From Octopus sinensis (Eukaryota), in NCBI RefSeq assembly GCF_006345805.1, contig NC_043007.1, positions 55,428,001 to 55,492,000 on the forward strand: DNA of 64,000 bases, written 5' to 3'. The notes beneath the pieces were generated by a model, which searched no databases, had not been told where the DNA came from, and saw only the letters and a program-made list of their open reading frames with translations. The position numbers were made by a program, and so were the translations under genes. Numbering within the stretch: the first letter of the stretch is position 1; the number at the start of each line of letters is the position of its first letter. This document shows positions 25,181 through 38,829 of the stretch, one piece after another.

Positions 25181-25763
25181 TATATCTGCATATATACATA
25201 CATACATACATACATGTATATATATCTAAAATCCCAAGTGTCAATTAAGTGAGAAAATTTTCATAAATGGATACCTATTTACGAATATTTCACTTTCCCT
25301 TGACACTTTATCAGGTCTTTGTGGAATCCCCATGTCAGAGAAGTAAACTGTTTAAAAATGCTAGCTTTGTGATGTTCTCATAGAATCATTGTGAAACCCA
25401 CGTGAAGTAATTATTGAAGGTAGTTTCATAGTTTCAGCACAACTTCCCTTATCTTTGGCTCAGCATTCAGAGTCGATAAACGTTTCTCTGTGATCAATTA
25501 TGCACTACCGGCTTGTTAATATATAATTATATCCCTGTCAGCTGCAGAGAATATTGATTTCCTCTCTTCTAGAATAACAATGCAAGTTGGAAACATCTAA
25601 GCTCGTTAATGTAGCATTTAATACAAACTTATCATATCACGAAGAAAAACCAACTCCAACCCACTCCGATGTATATATCGTACAGTTAAAAATGCCCGGA
25701 AAAACATCATATTTTTATCATTCTGTCAATCGAAGCTGAACAGACAAACTAAACATAAACTAT

Positions 25764-25838
<75 letters not shown>

Positions 25839-26344
25839 TATGTGTGTCTGTGTGTGTCTGCATGTATGTATGTATGATTTGTATGTATGTATGTATGTAT
25901 GTATGTATGTATGTATGTATGTATGTATGTATGTATGTATGTATGTATGTGTGTATATATACATGTATGTATGTCTATCACAGGGATGTTTGTGGCAACG
26001 ATGGAACTGGTGATCATAGTGATTCGATGGAGGGCAGCGATATATATTATTGAATGCATATGGATTCATTCCCATTTCACACAGGATATTTTTCTTCGAA
26101 TGGACATTAGCAACATAATTGCAGCATCTATAACATGGTCGCCGGCAGATTACCATTCGGACAATGGGTTAATTGGAACTTCATCACTATAAAAGATTAG
26201 TAGGTAAGCCTGAGATACAGCCTCGAAAGAGTATCTGGCCATCGATGAAGACCAAGGAAGGAAGTTAAAAAAAACAACTGGTCTCCAATAATACACTCTG
26301 TGTTACTCTGGCATATAACAATTGCTTGTAGTTTTAATAGGAGG

Positions 26345-26479
<135 letters not shown>

Positions 26480-26494
26480 ATGAACACACACACA

Positions 26495-27450
26495 CACTGG
26501 GTTTCAAATTATTAACGATGTAACATTTTAATTTTTTTTATAAACTACTCATTGGAATTCAACGAAATTTTCACAGAATGATGACAACAGTTATATGTGT
26601 GTGGTGTGTAAAGTACATAAGATTTTGTAAAACATCACAAAAACTATGGCAACACAAAAACTATGCCAAATTTACGTAAACTTTCATTGTTTCAAGTTAT
26701 CAGCACTGTGTAATTAAAATCCATGTAAGCAAGAAAATACCAGTTTAATTGTTTGATGTGCATACTGAAATAAACATATACAGTCATAAACATGGAAGAA
26801 ATAGAAATGAACAAATAAACAGCGTTCAAAAATGATAGGTGAGGTGGTTTGAAGGGGATATAGAGCGCTTGTTTGAAATAAGTTGGAAAAGGCGCTAGTC
26901 CATGAATCATGCCAATTTCTGGTTCTTCTCTGACGTTATACCACGAGATACATCCACTATTATCTGCCACAGTTCATCCTTGCTCCTAAATTGGCGTCCA
27001 TAGTCGTAAACTCGTCGCTTTAGAATACTCTACAAGTTTTCTATTGGGTTTAAGTGGGAGAAACAGGCACTTCATCTTCCGAGGTCCACAGAAGCCTAAT
27101 TGTTGGACACTCTGTAGTTTTCTTCGCTGAGTGCGAGGACGCATTATCTTACATGAATATTATGGTTGTCAAGAAGGTGATACTTTGCTTTTTTAACCAA
27201 AGTTCAAGGTGCTCCCTCAGAAATGGACGTAGTTGTTTCGCCAAAGAACTTGAAAAGTTCTCCACTTATAAGACTTGGTCTCTTTGCAACTTCACGCTTA
27301 ATTCGTGACAGAGAACGTTGAGAAACAGTCCTCGATTGACCCTTGTCGGCTGCCTTACGTCTCTTTGTAGAAGCTGTTACAAATTTTTGCACAGTTTGGT
27401 AATATCTGCCAATTATTTTAGATATTTCTCATATTGATTTACTGTATTAT
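26495..27450 (-). mobile_element. Decayed Tc1-family transposon
   Basis: Minus strand IFM*DNASSHSA and LNPIENL*SILKRRVY. ORF 27204-27392 resembles the Tc1 DNA-binding linker. Confidence 0.8.
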
Positions 27451-27719
27451 CAGATGCTAAGGAAAGGAAAGAAAGAGGATTTAACGTTTCGAGCATGTGT
27501 GTGTATGTGTGGGTATATGCGTGCGTGCATGTCTGTGTGTGTGTGTGTAATAATAGCACGTGTATGTGCGTATGTGTGTGTTTGAGTGGACTGTGTGTCA
27601 CTGAATGTCGTAGAAAGAATTTATAGTAAGAATTTTTGGTAGGAGTGGCTGTCCTTTGTGTGTCTCCCTTCACATGTGCGCAGGAGAATGGTCAGTAGAA
27701 AGGTGTTTATCTGATAGTT

Positions 27720-28417
27720 TGAAGTATGTATGTGTGCATGTATTATATATATATATATAGTGTGTGTGTGTCTTTTGTGTGCAGTGTGTGCCTGTGTCTG
27801 TGTGTGCCTGTGTCTGTGTGTGCCTGTGTATGTGTGTGCCTGTGTCTGTATGTGTGTGCACGTGTGTGTACGTGTGTATGTGTGGGGTTGTGTCTGTGGA
27901 GAAAATCTGCATTGCTCTGTTATGTGTGCGTGTGTGTGCGTGTGCGCGCGTGTGTGTGTATGTGTGTGCATGTGTATATATGTATGTGCGTGTGAGTGTA
28001 TGTATGTGTGTATATATGTGTCTGTATGTGTATGCGTGTGTATGTGCATGTGTGTGTGTGCGTGCGTGTGCGTGCGTGTGTGTGTGTGAACAAGGAGTTG
28101 TGTGTGGAGGTATATGTGCGTTTTTTGCGCGTGCATGCGCGTGTATGCGCGTGCGCTTAGTGTGCGTGTGTATGTGTATGTGCGTGTAGTTGTGTGTGCG
28201 TGTACGATTGTGTATGCATGTGTGCGTGTGTGTATGGGGGGTAAGTGTGTGCGTGGGTTGTGAGTGTTAGGTATGTATACATTCGTGTGCGATGTGTGCG
28301 CGTGTGTGCGCGTGTGTGTATGTGTGTGTGGGTATGTGTGTGTGCATGCGAGTTTCTGTATGCATGTGTGTGGTCTGTGTGAGAGGTATATGTGCGTTCA
28401 TCTGTGTGCACAGATGC

Positions 28418-28462
<45 letters not shown>

Positions 28463-28480
28463 CACACACACAATTATTAG
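27720..28480. repeat. Degenerate (GT/GC/AT) dinucleotide low-complexity tract
   Basis: Direct reading. Confidence 0.9.
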
Positions 28481-28544
28481 TGACGAATTATGAACCCAGG
28501 CAAAATAATTTACAAGCTCTCTGCTAGTACACAAGGCTAACAAT

Positions 28545-29335
28545 GTTGTTTAGATTAGTAAAGAACTCGTTTCTTGTGGCAGGGTATGAATGAAAGTGGT
28601 TGTTTCTATATTGTATTGTTTCTATATTGTATTCTATATTCTGTACGACTCTTACTCTTTCCTTTAGCCCCTTTCACACTTTCTTCGTTCCTTTCAATTT
28701 TCTTTTTCTCGCTCCCACCCTCTCTCATATTTCTTGGCACTCCCTTCATTCTCATCACTTTCCCTCCTCCTTTACCTCAGTCTGTTCCATTCCTTTTTTT
28801 CTCTCTCTTTCTCGTCCCTCCTTAATCCTTCAATCCCTCTATCCAAAACCTCTCTCCTCTCCTTCCACGTGACCGGTGTTCGACCAAGCCTGACCTTTCT
28901 TTCTTGGTTCGACTACCAGCCGTGCAGCATATCTCGTGTTGCTTCCCATGACTTTCATCTTCTATGTTCCTGCCGTAAGGCTTCACTTCGACACACGCCA
29001 GCTTAATTTAATCCGTCCTTAGTCGAAAGACACCTGTTGTTAATGTCCTATTGTTTGTATTTGTAATTGTTTACCATTTCTCCATGTTTTTTTGTTTTCC
29101 TATACATTCGCTTGCTTTCTTCCCAAGAATCTAGTGCTCTTAACTTAGATTTCCTTGGGGCCGGCCAGATTAGAGCAGTCTCGAGATTAACCGGCCGAAA
29201 CTGCAAAGATGATGTGCTTCTGGACTGAATATTGAAGATGTCCTTCCTTGTTTTCTTCTGTCCCTTTTTTTGTATCACCTACTGTCCGAATGTTTTGTTG
29301 TTGCCTGTTACGTTCTTGTTTAATTTTTTGTTTTG

Positions 29336-29340
<5 letters not shown>
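28545..29340 (+). mobile_element. Non-coding interspersed repeat, probably Penelope-derived
   Basis: Homologous to 37330-37790 (ccttccacgtgaccgg...agacacctgttg) and to 58186-58315 (gccgaaa.tgc.aagatgat). Ends at (TA)n. Confidence 0.6.
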
Positions 29341-29401
<61 letters not shown>

Positions 29402-29559
29402 TATATGTGCGCGCGCGCGTACATATATATTTGAAGAAAGCTGTTAGACTGAAAATCGTTTGGAGAGAAGCTTTCGTATCGTGGAAGGAAGTTTTCGCTC
29501 TTTACTCTGTGTCACATGTGTTATGAGGCAAGTTATTTTTAGTAGTGGTGTTTACTATT

Positions 29560-29830
29560 TCTGATTTAATATCGGATTTAGAATTCTTATGTTCTTCTTT
29601 TGCCTGTATTATGAAAAAAGTTAATATTTTGAATTTTCCATTTGCACAAATGTCTAGATGTTCACTAAACGAAGATATCAATTGTTGCTTATGTATTCTA
29701 ATGCGATGTATTCATTTTGACCCCGTTTGGACGATATAATTGTCCTAGCATTGTGGGGCATCTGATACTGTAAAATTTCAGTTCGTTTTGTTATTCATGT
29801 CCGCATTACTCGTAAATCTCTTCCCATTCA
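29560..29830 (-). pseudogene. Penelope GIY-YIG endonuclease remnant
   Basis: Minus strand across frameshifts: Y.I.CPTMLGQ/NYIVQTG...RIRIHKQQL...SEHLDICANGKFKI. Confidence 0.6.
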
Positions 29831-30010
29831 AGAACTTTTGGGTTTTTTTCTTCTTAGTTATTTCTTACTTCCCGAAAACAAAGCTCACTTTCGTGACCTC
29901 TATTAATTTTACCTAAGAATTAAGGTTGTAGAAAGCTGAAGCAAGTGAACACCAAATATATAGTGCGTGTGCTTTCATTGGCTAAACTGGCAACATGACC
30001 ATCCCCAAAT

Positions 30011-30065
<55 letters not shown>

Positions 30066-30414
30066 TTTTGTCTTCGCTCTCATTGTGAAGGGTTTCTACG
30101 TAAGACAGAAATTGGTGCCTCTTTTCGTTGGTTATAGTATAGTTTACTATGTTTATCGGGTATTTTTGTGTTTGAAAGAATATTATTAATTCTAAATCAT
30201 GTCTTACGTCTATGTTCTCGTAATTATTGATTGTAAACGTATTGCTATATTAAATTGGATGTTCCTTTTCATATGAAACGGGTGATAAAATTTAAAGTGT
30301 GTCCTTACATAAAGATCTGTTGTAGCAGTTTCATTTCCCCCAATTTTCAGAATGTCAAAAACAGTAAAAAATGAAAAACCCATTTTATTCATTTCCATAC
30401 TGAACTAGGTCAAC

Positions 30415-31292
<878 letters not shown>

Positions 31293-31317
31293 CATACATA
31301 CATACACACACTGATTT

Positions 31318-31470
31318 ATGATGGGTTTCCTTCAGTTTCCGTCTACCAGATCCACTCACAGAGTTTTTAGCGGCATGGGGCCTATAGTAGAATACACTCG
31401 TCCAAGATGCTATGTGGTGGGACTGAACCAGAAACCAAATGATTCGAAAGCAAAATTCTTACAACATACA
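31318..31470 (-). mobile_element. SINE family A 5' fragment
   Basis: ttcagtttccgtctaccagatccactcaca...gtgggactgaacc. Confidence 0.7.
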
Positions 31471-32322
31471 CGCGTAATTCTTTTCATTTCTTGTCATTTG
31501 TTTGTGTGTTATTTGATACGTATTTTTCTTTTGTATTTTTAAGATTTGGTAGTTGTTTTAACTTGTTAGTTTTACTTTCTTTCTTAAAAACAAATAAAAA
31601 CCCAAAAATGCAAACATTTTTGCCTTAGAGAGTGCAATAAGAATGTAAATACTTTTAGAGACCGAACTTCTTCCAGTTCTATTGTAAATTAGGGAGAGTT
31701 ATCGAAACAAAATCTTGGCACAACTGAACCATGCCAGTAGCAACAGTAGCAGTAACAGTTGTAGTAGCAGCAGAAGAAGAATCAGGGGTAGTAGTAGTAG
31801 TCGTAGTAGTCGTAATAGCAGCAGTAGCTGTAGCAGCACCAGCGACAGTAGTAGTGCGCGTGTGTATATATTTCTATATATTTGTGTGTGTGTGTGTGTG
31901 TGCGTACTTTAAGATGGTGGTTGGTTGAATAGTTAGAAGTGATGTCAAGGAGACCGAAGACATTAAGGTTTGCAACCTGTCACCCACAACTGAACAAAAA
32001 TGTTTAAATCTTTAGTAATCCGATCGCCCAGTCTGGAAATAGATTACATGTTTAAGCACGGATTAAATGTTGCGGCGACTGGAAACATGGTCAAATTGAC
32101 ATTAATATCGCATTTACTTGTATTGCTTGTTCTGGTCGTTTCACATATACTCACCGAAAAAGAATCTTTACAGGTCTTCCTTGTTCTAGATACACAATCT
32201 GAAGAGCGTATTTCAAGTTGTCTAACTACGACCGAGTGTGTTGTATGACCCTCTTGATGCGACCTGATAGTAGCATTGATTTCTCAGCAAACTTCGCTTG
32301 GGTTCTCCTTTGATATTCATGA

Positions 32323-32354
<32 letters not shown>

Positions 32355-32505
32355 AAGAGAGAGAGAGAGGAGAAAGAGAGAGAGAGAGGAGAGATAGAAA
32401 GAAATAAGGAGATTGACAGAGATATTTTCAAACATTGACACTTGTACATATTGACAAATATATGCGTGAGTGTGTGTGTGTGTATTTGTGTGTGTGTGTG
32501 TGTGT

Positions 32506-32544
<39 letters not shown>

Positions 32545-34468
32545 GGTGCTGGTGGTGGGGAGAGAGAACAATATTTCAATCAGATATTTGAATGAAGATG
32601 TAATGGAAAACATTACCGATCAGAATAGACTGTCATTATGACTTTAAAGGTCATTCAGTGATCTTTAATATTTATTGTATAAAAACATGAAGATCATTAA
32701 GTTATATTGATGTTGTGTGTGTGTGAGTGAGTGTGTTTGTGTGTGTGCGTGTGTGTGTATGCATGTGTGTTCGTAATTTTACTGTCTCTTTCCATTGTGT
32801 TTGCTATAAATTATAAATATAATGCAAAATAAAAAACAAGTTATTAATAAATAAATGAATAATAATAACAATATTAATAATGAGACATCTAAGAAAATAG
32901 ATGAAAACTTTGAAACTCGTTTCATTCGATGGTAAAATTACCATTTTTGTTTGATGCTACTCTCTATTGCTGCCTGCTTGAATTATTTAGCAATTAATGT
33001 GGCATTTTGCAACAGTTTTTAAAGTTTTGTTTCATTTACTTTTTATCGTGAAACATTTTAATATTTCCGTCTCTTTCTGGTTTCAGTGGAGAGAACTGAA
33101 ATCATACAACTCTGCTTGCCAGCTGGTTTCTGTTTCATGCAAATCTTGACAGTCATATAACGAAAAAATCACTCTCTCATCCTGTCTACAAATATGTATG
33201 TACATAAATGTGAAAAAAAATCTATAAATTACAGCTTGAATATTAGAGATAATTAAAACTTAATTTCGGAACTGAGAAATAATAAATAGTTTTCTGCGCG
33301 CGTTAGGGATACATACGATACAATGATCCCGGTTAGAATCACTTCAGCATCATATAATTACTACCCGTTTAGTGGGTGATTCTACAATCTGGCTATAAAG
33401 GCTTGAATACATAGGTACATGTGAATCTTTTAATCATTAACTTTATAAGGAATAACATACTCCGTTGGGAAGTTTATCTTCTAAGTTGGGTACTTATCTG
33501 TAAAAAAAATTGGCAAATTAAGTTCTAATTTTTTCCCAATGTAAGTCAAAAATAGTACCTTTAATACGGATCCCCATCCCGATAGTTTGCAGATCCAGGA
33601 GTCGTAGAGGGTAGCGATAGAAATACACAGGATTGGTATACTTCATGATAGCAGGAAACTTCATAAAACATGAACTGAGCTTTCAGTTAGTTCCTCGAAC
33701 GACATAATTTCAACTTTAGCTAGATGCAAATTTGTTCCACTTTCGTTTTGGAAATGCATGAAGTTCACACATTCCCTTTTCTGTTACCCTTAAAAGATAG
33801 GGCCTTTGTGACTAGCGAAGAAATGTTTTGATGAGTTCCAAGAGTTCACAACTCAGTGTTGATTCTGCTTATTACCTTTTCAAATGACTTACACCGCAAA
33901 TGCCTTTGGGAAAACTTAACATTGCAAAAAAAAAAAAAAAAAAAAAGAAAAGGCACACTCCCCTTACCCCTTATATAAAGTATTTCTGCACATCAAAAAG
34001 TTAATAATACGCACCATATTGATTTGCGGCAGTGTTAAAAGTTTGGCATCACCAAGCGTCTGGGCACACGTAACAGCTGGGTAGTTTTGCCACCGAATAT
34101 AAAGTAAAAATACGAATTTCGTTTTTCTTAGAATATTAGGCCTGGTAAGGTATTTTCTATAATTTACAATATTTCTTAAGAGCAAACAGATAAATAATTT
34201 TCTTAGGCGGTAAATTCAAGTTACATGTGTATTGTAATAGTTTGCTTTGAAAGCGGGGGGAAACCCGCAGAAACGAGATAAATCAGGCGAAAATTTTGTT
34301 TATTACATGTGCCCTATGTACGTCAGGTATTAAAGCGTTATCCAGCACGGTTTAATCTAATTATAACGTCATAATTGCAAATTGAGAGTAACGTCACAAT
34401 ATTGTTAAACTATACATCTGCGATATTTGCTAGTGTTTGGAAGTCATCTTCTTGTAGTTTGCTATTAA

Positions 34469-35420
34469 TCCATATATACCACTGGTTGCATTTTCGCAAC
34501 GCAAGACCTGCTCCTACTTGTTTGGACATGAACTCGTCGGGAAGCATCTGACTGAGCATGCGAAACATTCAGTAGGTAGTCGATACCCGTAGCTAACAGT
34601 TGCATACTGTCCTTCACTTCGAGATTGTGAAAGTTTATCATAACGTTTAATCTAAATACAGTGAAATTTTAAGTCACCATGTCTTCTCACAAATTCAAGT
34701 AAGTATTGTATATCATATTTTAATTCAAGCTATTTAATGTTTTGAACCTGATGACAAAGAAAAATATCTATAAGTTTTACCAACTTGAAGTAGTTCATAT
34801 GAAAACGTAAAAATAAACTTTTTTGATGATGCGTAAACGCAATAATGGGTACCCTACGTTAACAGGGTGTTGCGTTATCGCAACGGCAAGCACGTAACTC
34901 TAGGCTATGCACATCAGTGACAAAAAAGTGTAAGCGTAAAAAGACCAAGCACTAGAGTGTGGAGGATGTGCCCTCAGAAAGAGGAAGTCACAAGTTACCC
35001 CTACAGGCTTTCTATTGTTGACACACCTCGGCAACCTCATGAAATATTTGCGCTCTTCTTAGACGATACCGTCATAGAACTTACCAAGTATACTGTTTTG
35101 TTTGCAGCTCTAAAAGGAAATCATACATTCCAATTACTAAGTAGCGGGATGAAGGTGAGAGTATAACACGCTCTCTCGCCATCGTTTATACTGGGAAACC
35201 GAATCATATTCGAAATGAGCTTGTAGCCAGTTCATTGCGAAGAAACAAATTTGAGATAAGGAAATACTTTCATGCAGTAGACAACAATGAACTCGACAGC
35301 AAGGACAAGTTTGAAAAGGTACGCCTATTTCTGGACCTTCTAAATGAAAGCTTTATATAGTTTGGCTCAGCTTTTGGTCCAACAAAATGTCTTTACTGAT
35401 GAATCCACGATCCCATATAT
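34469..35420 (+). mobile_element. 5' part of a decayed piggyBac-like transposon
   Basis: TTAA at 34465-34468, then palindromic gttgcattttcgcaac (repeated at ~34869). Peptides PHEIFALFLDDTVIE, RRNKFE..KYFHAVDN..DKFEKVRLFLDLLNESF and TDESTIP. Confidence 0.75.
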
Positions 35421-36264
35421 ATACATAATAGGACTGTGGTAGTCAACGGTAGTTTGTACATACATATTTTTTACGATATTTTTTACATTTCTTTTACGTT
35501 ACTCTTAAGTTATTACGCTCTAATTTTTACTTTGTAAATTTTGAATTTTTATCATTCGTATCATTTGTAAATTTTCTTTTTGCATTTTGTCATTCGTATT
35601 TATGTATGTCCACTTTTAACTATAGTTCTTATTCGAATATATTTATTTGTCATTGCTTTCATTATTATATCATCACAAATATATATTTTAATTTTATCCC
35701 TACATATTATTAATTTTATATGAATATTTACAGACATAAGTTACGTGAGAATTTAGTTTTTGTAAATTTTTTATTTTTATTAATTTTACTTTTATTATTT
35801 ATATTAATTTTATTTGAATTAAATTATGGCTTGCACAGTAAGGTTCGGCGAATATATTTGCACATACGCATACTTATCTGTTAAAATTCAAATATACTAT
35901 TTGATATCGAACTGAGTGCTTAAGGAACCGTAAAAGAACCTCAAAAACAACGTATAGCAGAGATTTAGAAATGAGTAGTAAGTATTAAATTAAAATTCTT
36001 TTATATGGTGTGATGATGGGACTGCTATCTCTAAATAACACACACACACTCACTCACACACACACACACACACACACATATATGTTGGGCGAGCCTATTC
36101 ATTCCAATGATGAGTTCCTGAAGGAAAGCCTAATTCAAAGCGATTATTTTTTCGCTTTGTTTTTGGAATGAATTAGGCTTGGAGACAATTTGTAGAATAT
36201 TTACTGGATTTGTACCAACTTTGGATTAAAAGATCGTCTACGCCTATATTGTCCCCTTCCTTAT

Positions 36265-36350
<86 letters not shown>

Positions 36351-36769
36351 TATATGCATATGTGGGTACAGGTCGTCACCAACGGTGCAAATAACATGGA
36401 ATACGTAAAAAAACAAGTTACATACGTAAACAAGAAAAACTGGAAAACAGAACAAGTAAACACAGAGAATTCACCCTTCGTCAGTTGTTGACTTTCTATC
36501 TACTCCTCATTTCGAGCATTCAATGACAATATGAGTCTTCAAAAAGTTGCGGCCATAAATTCTAAAATAAAATTTAGGATTTATGGAGGGTCAAAGCGGG
36601 GAACAAAAACATGAGAGTGGAGACATACAAGGAAAGCGAATGACAACAAACATGGAGGATCGTTAGACCTGAACGAGAGGAAAATAGTGAACGCTGGGAG
36701 TAACATTTTTGAAAATATACATACATACATACATACATACATACATACATACATACATACATACAGACG

Positions 36770-36955
36770 CCATGATAGATCGTTAGCCACTACAAACATT
36801 TTTTCTCTCCTTGTTTTCTGTGTCCCTTTCTGTAGAAGAGCGTAGGCTCGAAACGTAAAAAACTTTTTCTATTCCTGAGCGTTATACTAATACATCTGTT
36901 TGTTTTGTATACCACCTGTCTTCATCGTTCGTTGTTTTTTTCGTAAACTCTCCCC
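36770..36955 (+). mobile_element. Short Penelope-pLTR-like repeat between microsatellites, with a degenerate minimal hammerhead at 36826-36860
   Basis: CTTT CTGTAGA A GAGC-gtag-GCTC GAAA CG TA AAAA. Same layout as 21721-21921, including the downstream ttcctgagcgt. Confidence 0.55.
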
Positions 36956-37049
36956 ATATATATAAATATATATATATATGTGTATGTGTGTGTGTGTGTG
37001 TGTGTGTATGTGTGTGTGTATGTGTACGTACGCCGCGAAATGTATAAAT

Positions 37050-37790
37050 AATTATAAATAGACAACAAAAACGCAATAGAGGACGACTTTTTGAGAGGCA
37101 ACCAGATCGAACAGTCTCAAGTGTAACTGCCCAAAACTGTGAGGACATGTGGCCACGAATGACCCGTCCTTTCTTCTTGTCTCTCTAATTGTTGTTTTCC
37201 CTGTCCGCCTTTCTATCGTCTGTCTTTGCGGATGTTTTATCGTACTCTTTTATGTTTTTGTTCCATTTTTTTATATTTATATAGACATATAGCAGTGTAC
37301 ATACACTTTTGCTCACCTTATAGTAAGTATCTTTCTAAATTTTGTACGATTCTTTTACTCTATCTTTTAGTCCCCCTCATACTTTCTTCCTCTTTCTTTT
37401 TCTCGCTTCCCCTCTCTCACATTTCTTGGCCCTCTCTTTCTTTAACTCTCACTTTTCCTCCTCTTTTATCTCTCCTGTACCTTTCCCTTTGTCTCTTCGA
37501 TTTTTTCTAATCATCCGATCCCGCTGCCCCTAACCCTTTCTCCTCCTTCCACGTGACCGGTATTAGGCCAGCCATGATCCTTTTTTCTTGGCCTGACTGC
37601 CGACCACCAACACCTCTTATGTCCATCTCCTATGTTCTTGCTTTAAGGATTTCACTTCATACATGCCAGCTCAATTTGATTCGTCCTCAGTCACAAGACA
37701 CCTGTTGTTATATTCTTGTTAAATTCTTGTTGTTATATTCTTTATTGTCGTACACATTCGCTAGCTTTCTTACCAACAATCTAATGCTTT
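37050..37790 (+). mobile_element. Second copy of the repeat at 28545-29340 (permuted/partial tandem order)
   Basis: The segment homologous to the 29150-29330 end precedes the segment homologous to 28620-29140. Confidence 0.55.
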
Positions 37791-37929
37791 GACATTTTGG
37801 CGGGGGCAATGGTTTTTGATACTGAACTGAGGCGAAAGTTAAAAAAATCATACCAGAATTTTTTATTGCAAAAGGTCATCTCTGATTGTTACCTTGCACC
37901 GTGGAACAAAATGAAGATGTACTTTATAG

Positions 37930-38329
37930 CCTCCTCAATGTAATATTCAGTAGAGCGGGGTTTCGTACAGCTGATCAGCTTCTTTCTAAGCCAAGTAAAC
38001 CCATACTAAAAATTAAACGCGGGGATCTAAGACTGTTTCTTAATGTCTTTCAGTCTGATGTTGGGAAGCTGATATCATTGCACAAAGTACATCCATAGCA
38101 ATAAAAATATGCAAAACTTTGTAGTTACATGGGAAATGCAAATATATTTTTTCATATTGCAAAAATAGCAAAATAATGTGTTAAGTAGGTTAAGCTTTAT
38201 TTGTAAAATAGAGTTTTCTTCAATTTGCAGTAGAAAGCGATCGATGTTTATGGTGATGTGGTTGTGGGCCCTAGGAATGTGGTCTGGTAACCAAGGAGGT
38301 GGCAATCCAAAAGAGTTTGGAAACCACTG
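37930..38329 (+). mobile_element. 3' end of a hAT (Charlie/Buster-like) transposon
   Basis: RAGFRTADQLLSK...RGDLRLFLNVFQSDVGKLISLHKVHP* dimerisation-domain tail and terminal gtttggaaaccactg. Confidence 0.75.
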
Positions 38330-38829
38330 CTTTAAGTTAACCAGGTCAGATAGAGTTGCGCTCGACTTTACCTTTCAGTCTGGTTAATTTGATAAAATAA
38401 GTGCTACTGAATTTACTACAAGCGAATTATTGACTGCTTTCCTAACATCTATTAAAGAAAATTTATGTCATATCAAGTTAAAATTGATTATTTTAGGACT
38501 TATTGATATAAAGGAGATTGTGTTAATTACATTGACTCCTTTATATAAGTAGAAGTCTAATCAATCATAACATATCTAATCGATCATAACAATTAGCAAT
38601 GTCAATATATTTTACAAGGCACAGTGTACACGTATTTGTAGGGAGGGTGTGTAACCAGAAGCAAGGTCAGTATATTAGAGATCCCTGTAAAATCTATTGT
38701 TGCGAAACTGCGGTTTCCTGACACGAACATGGCTCTAACAACCAAGTGAGCAACTGAAAACCGCAGAACAGCCCAGCAAGCCAACTTGCTTAGAGTAGAA
38801 GGAGTAGTAGTAACTGGCTGGATGTCTTG

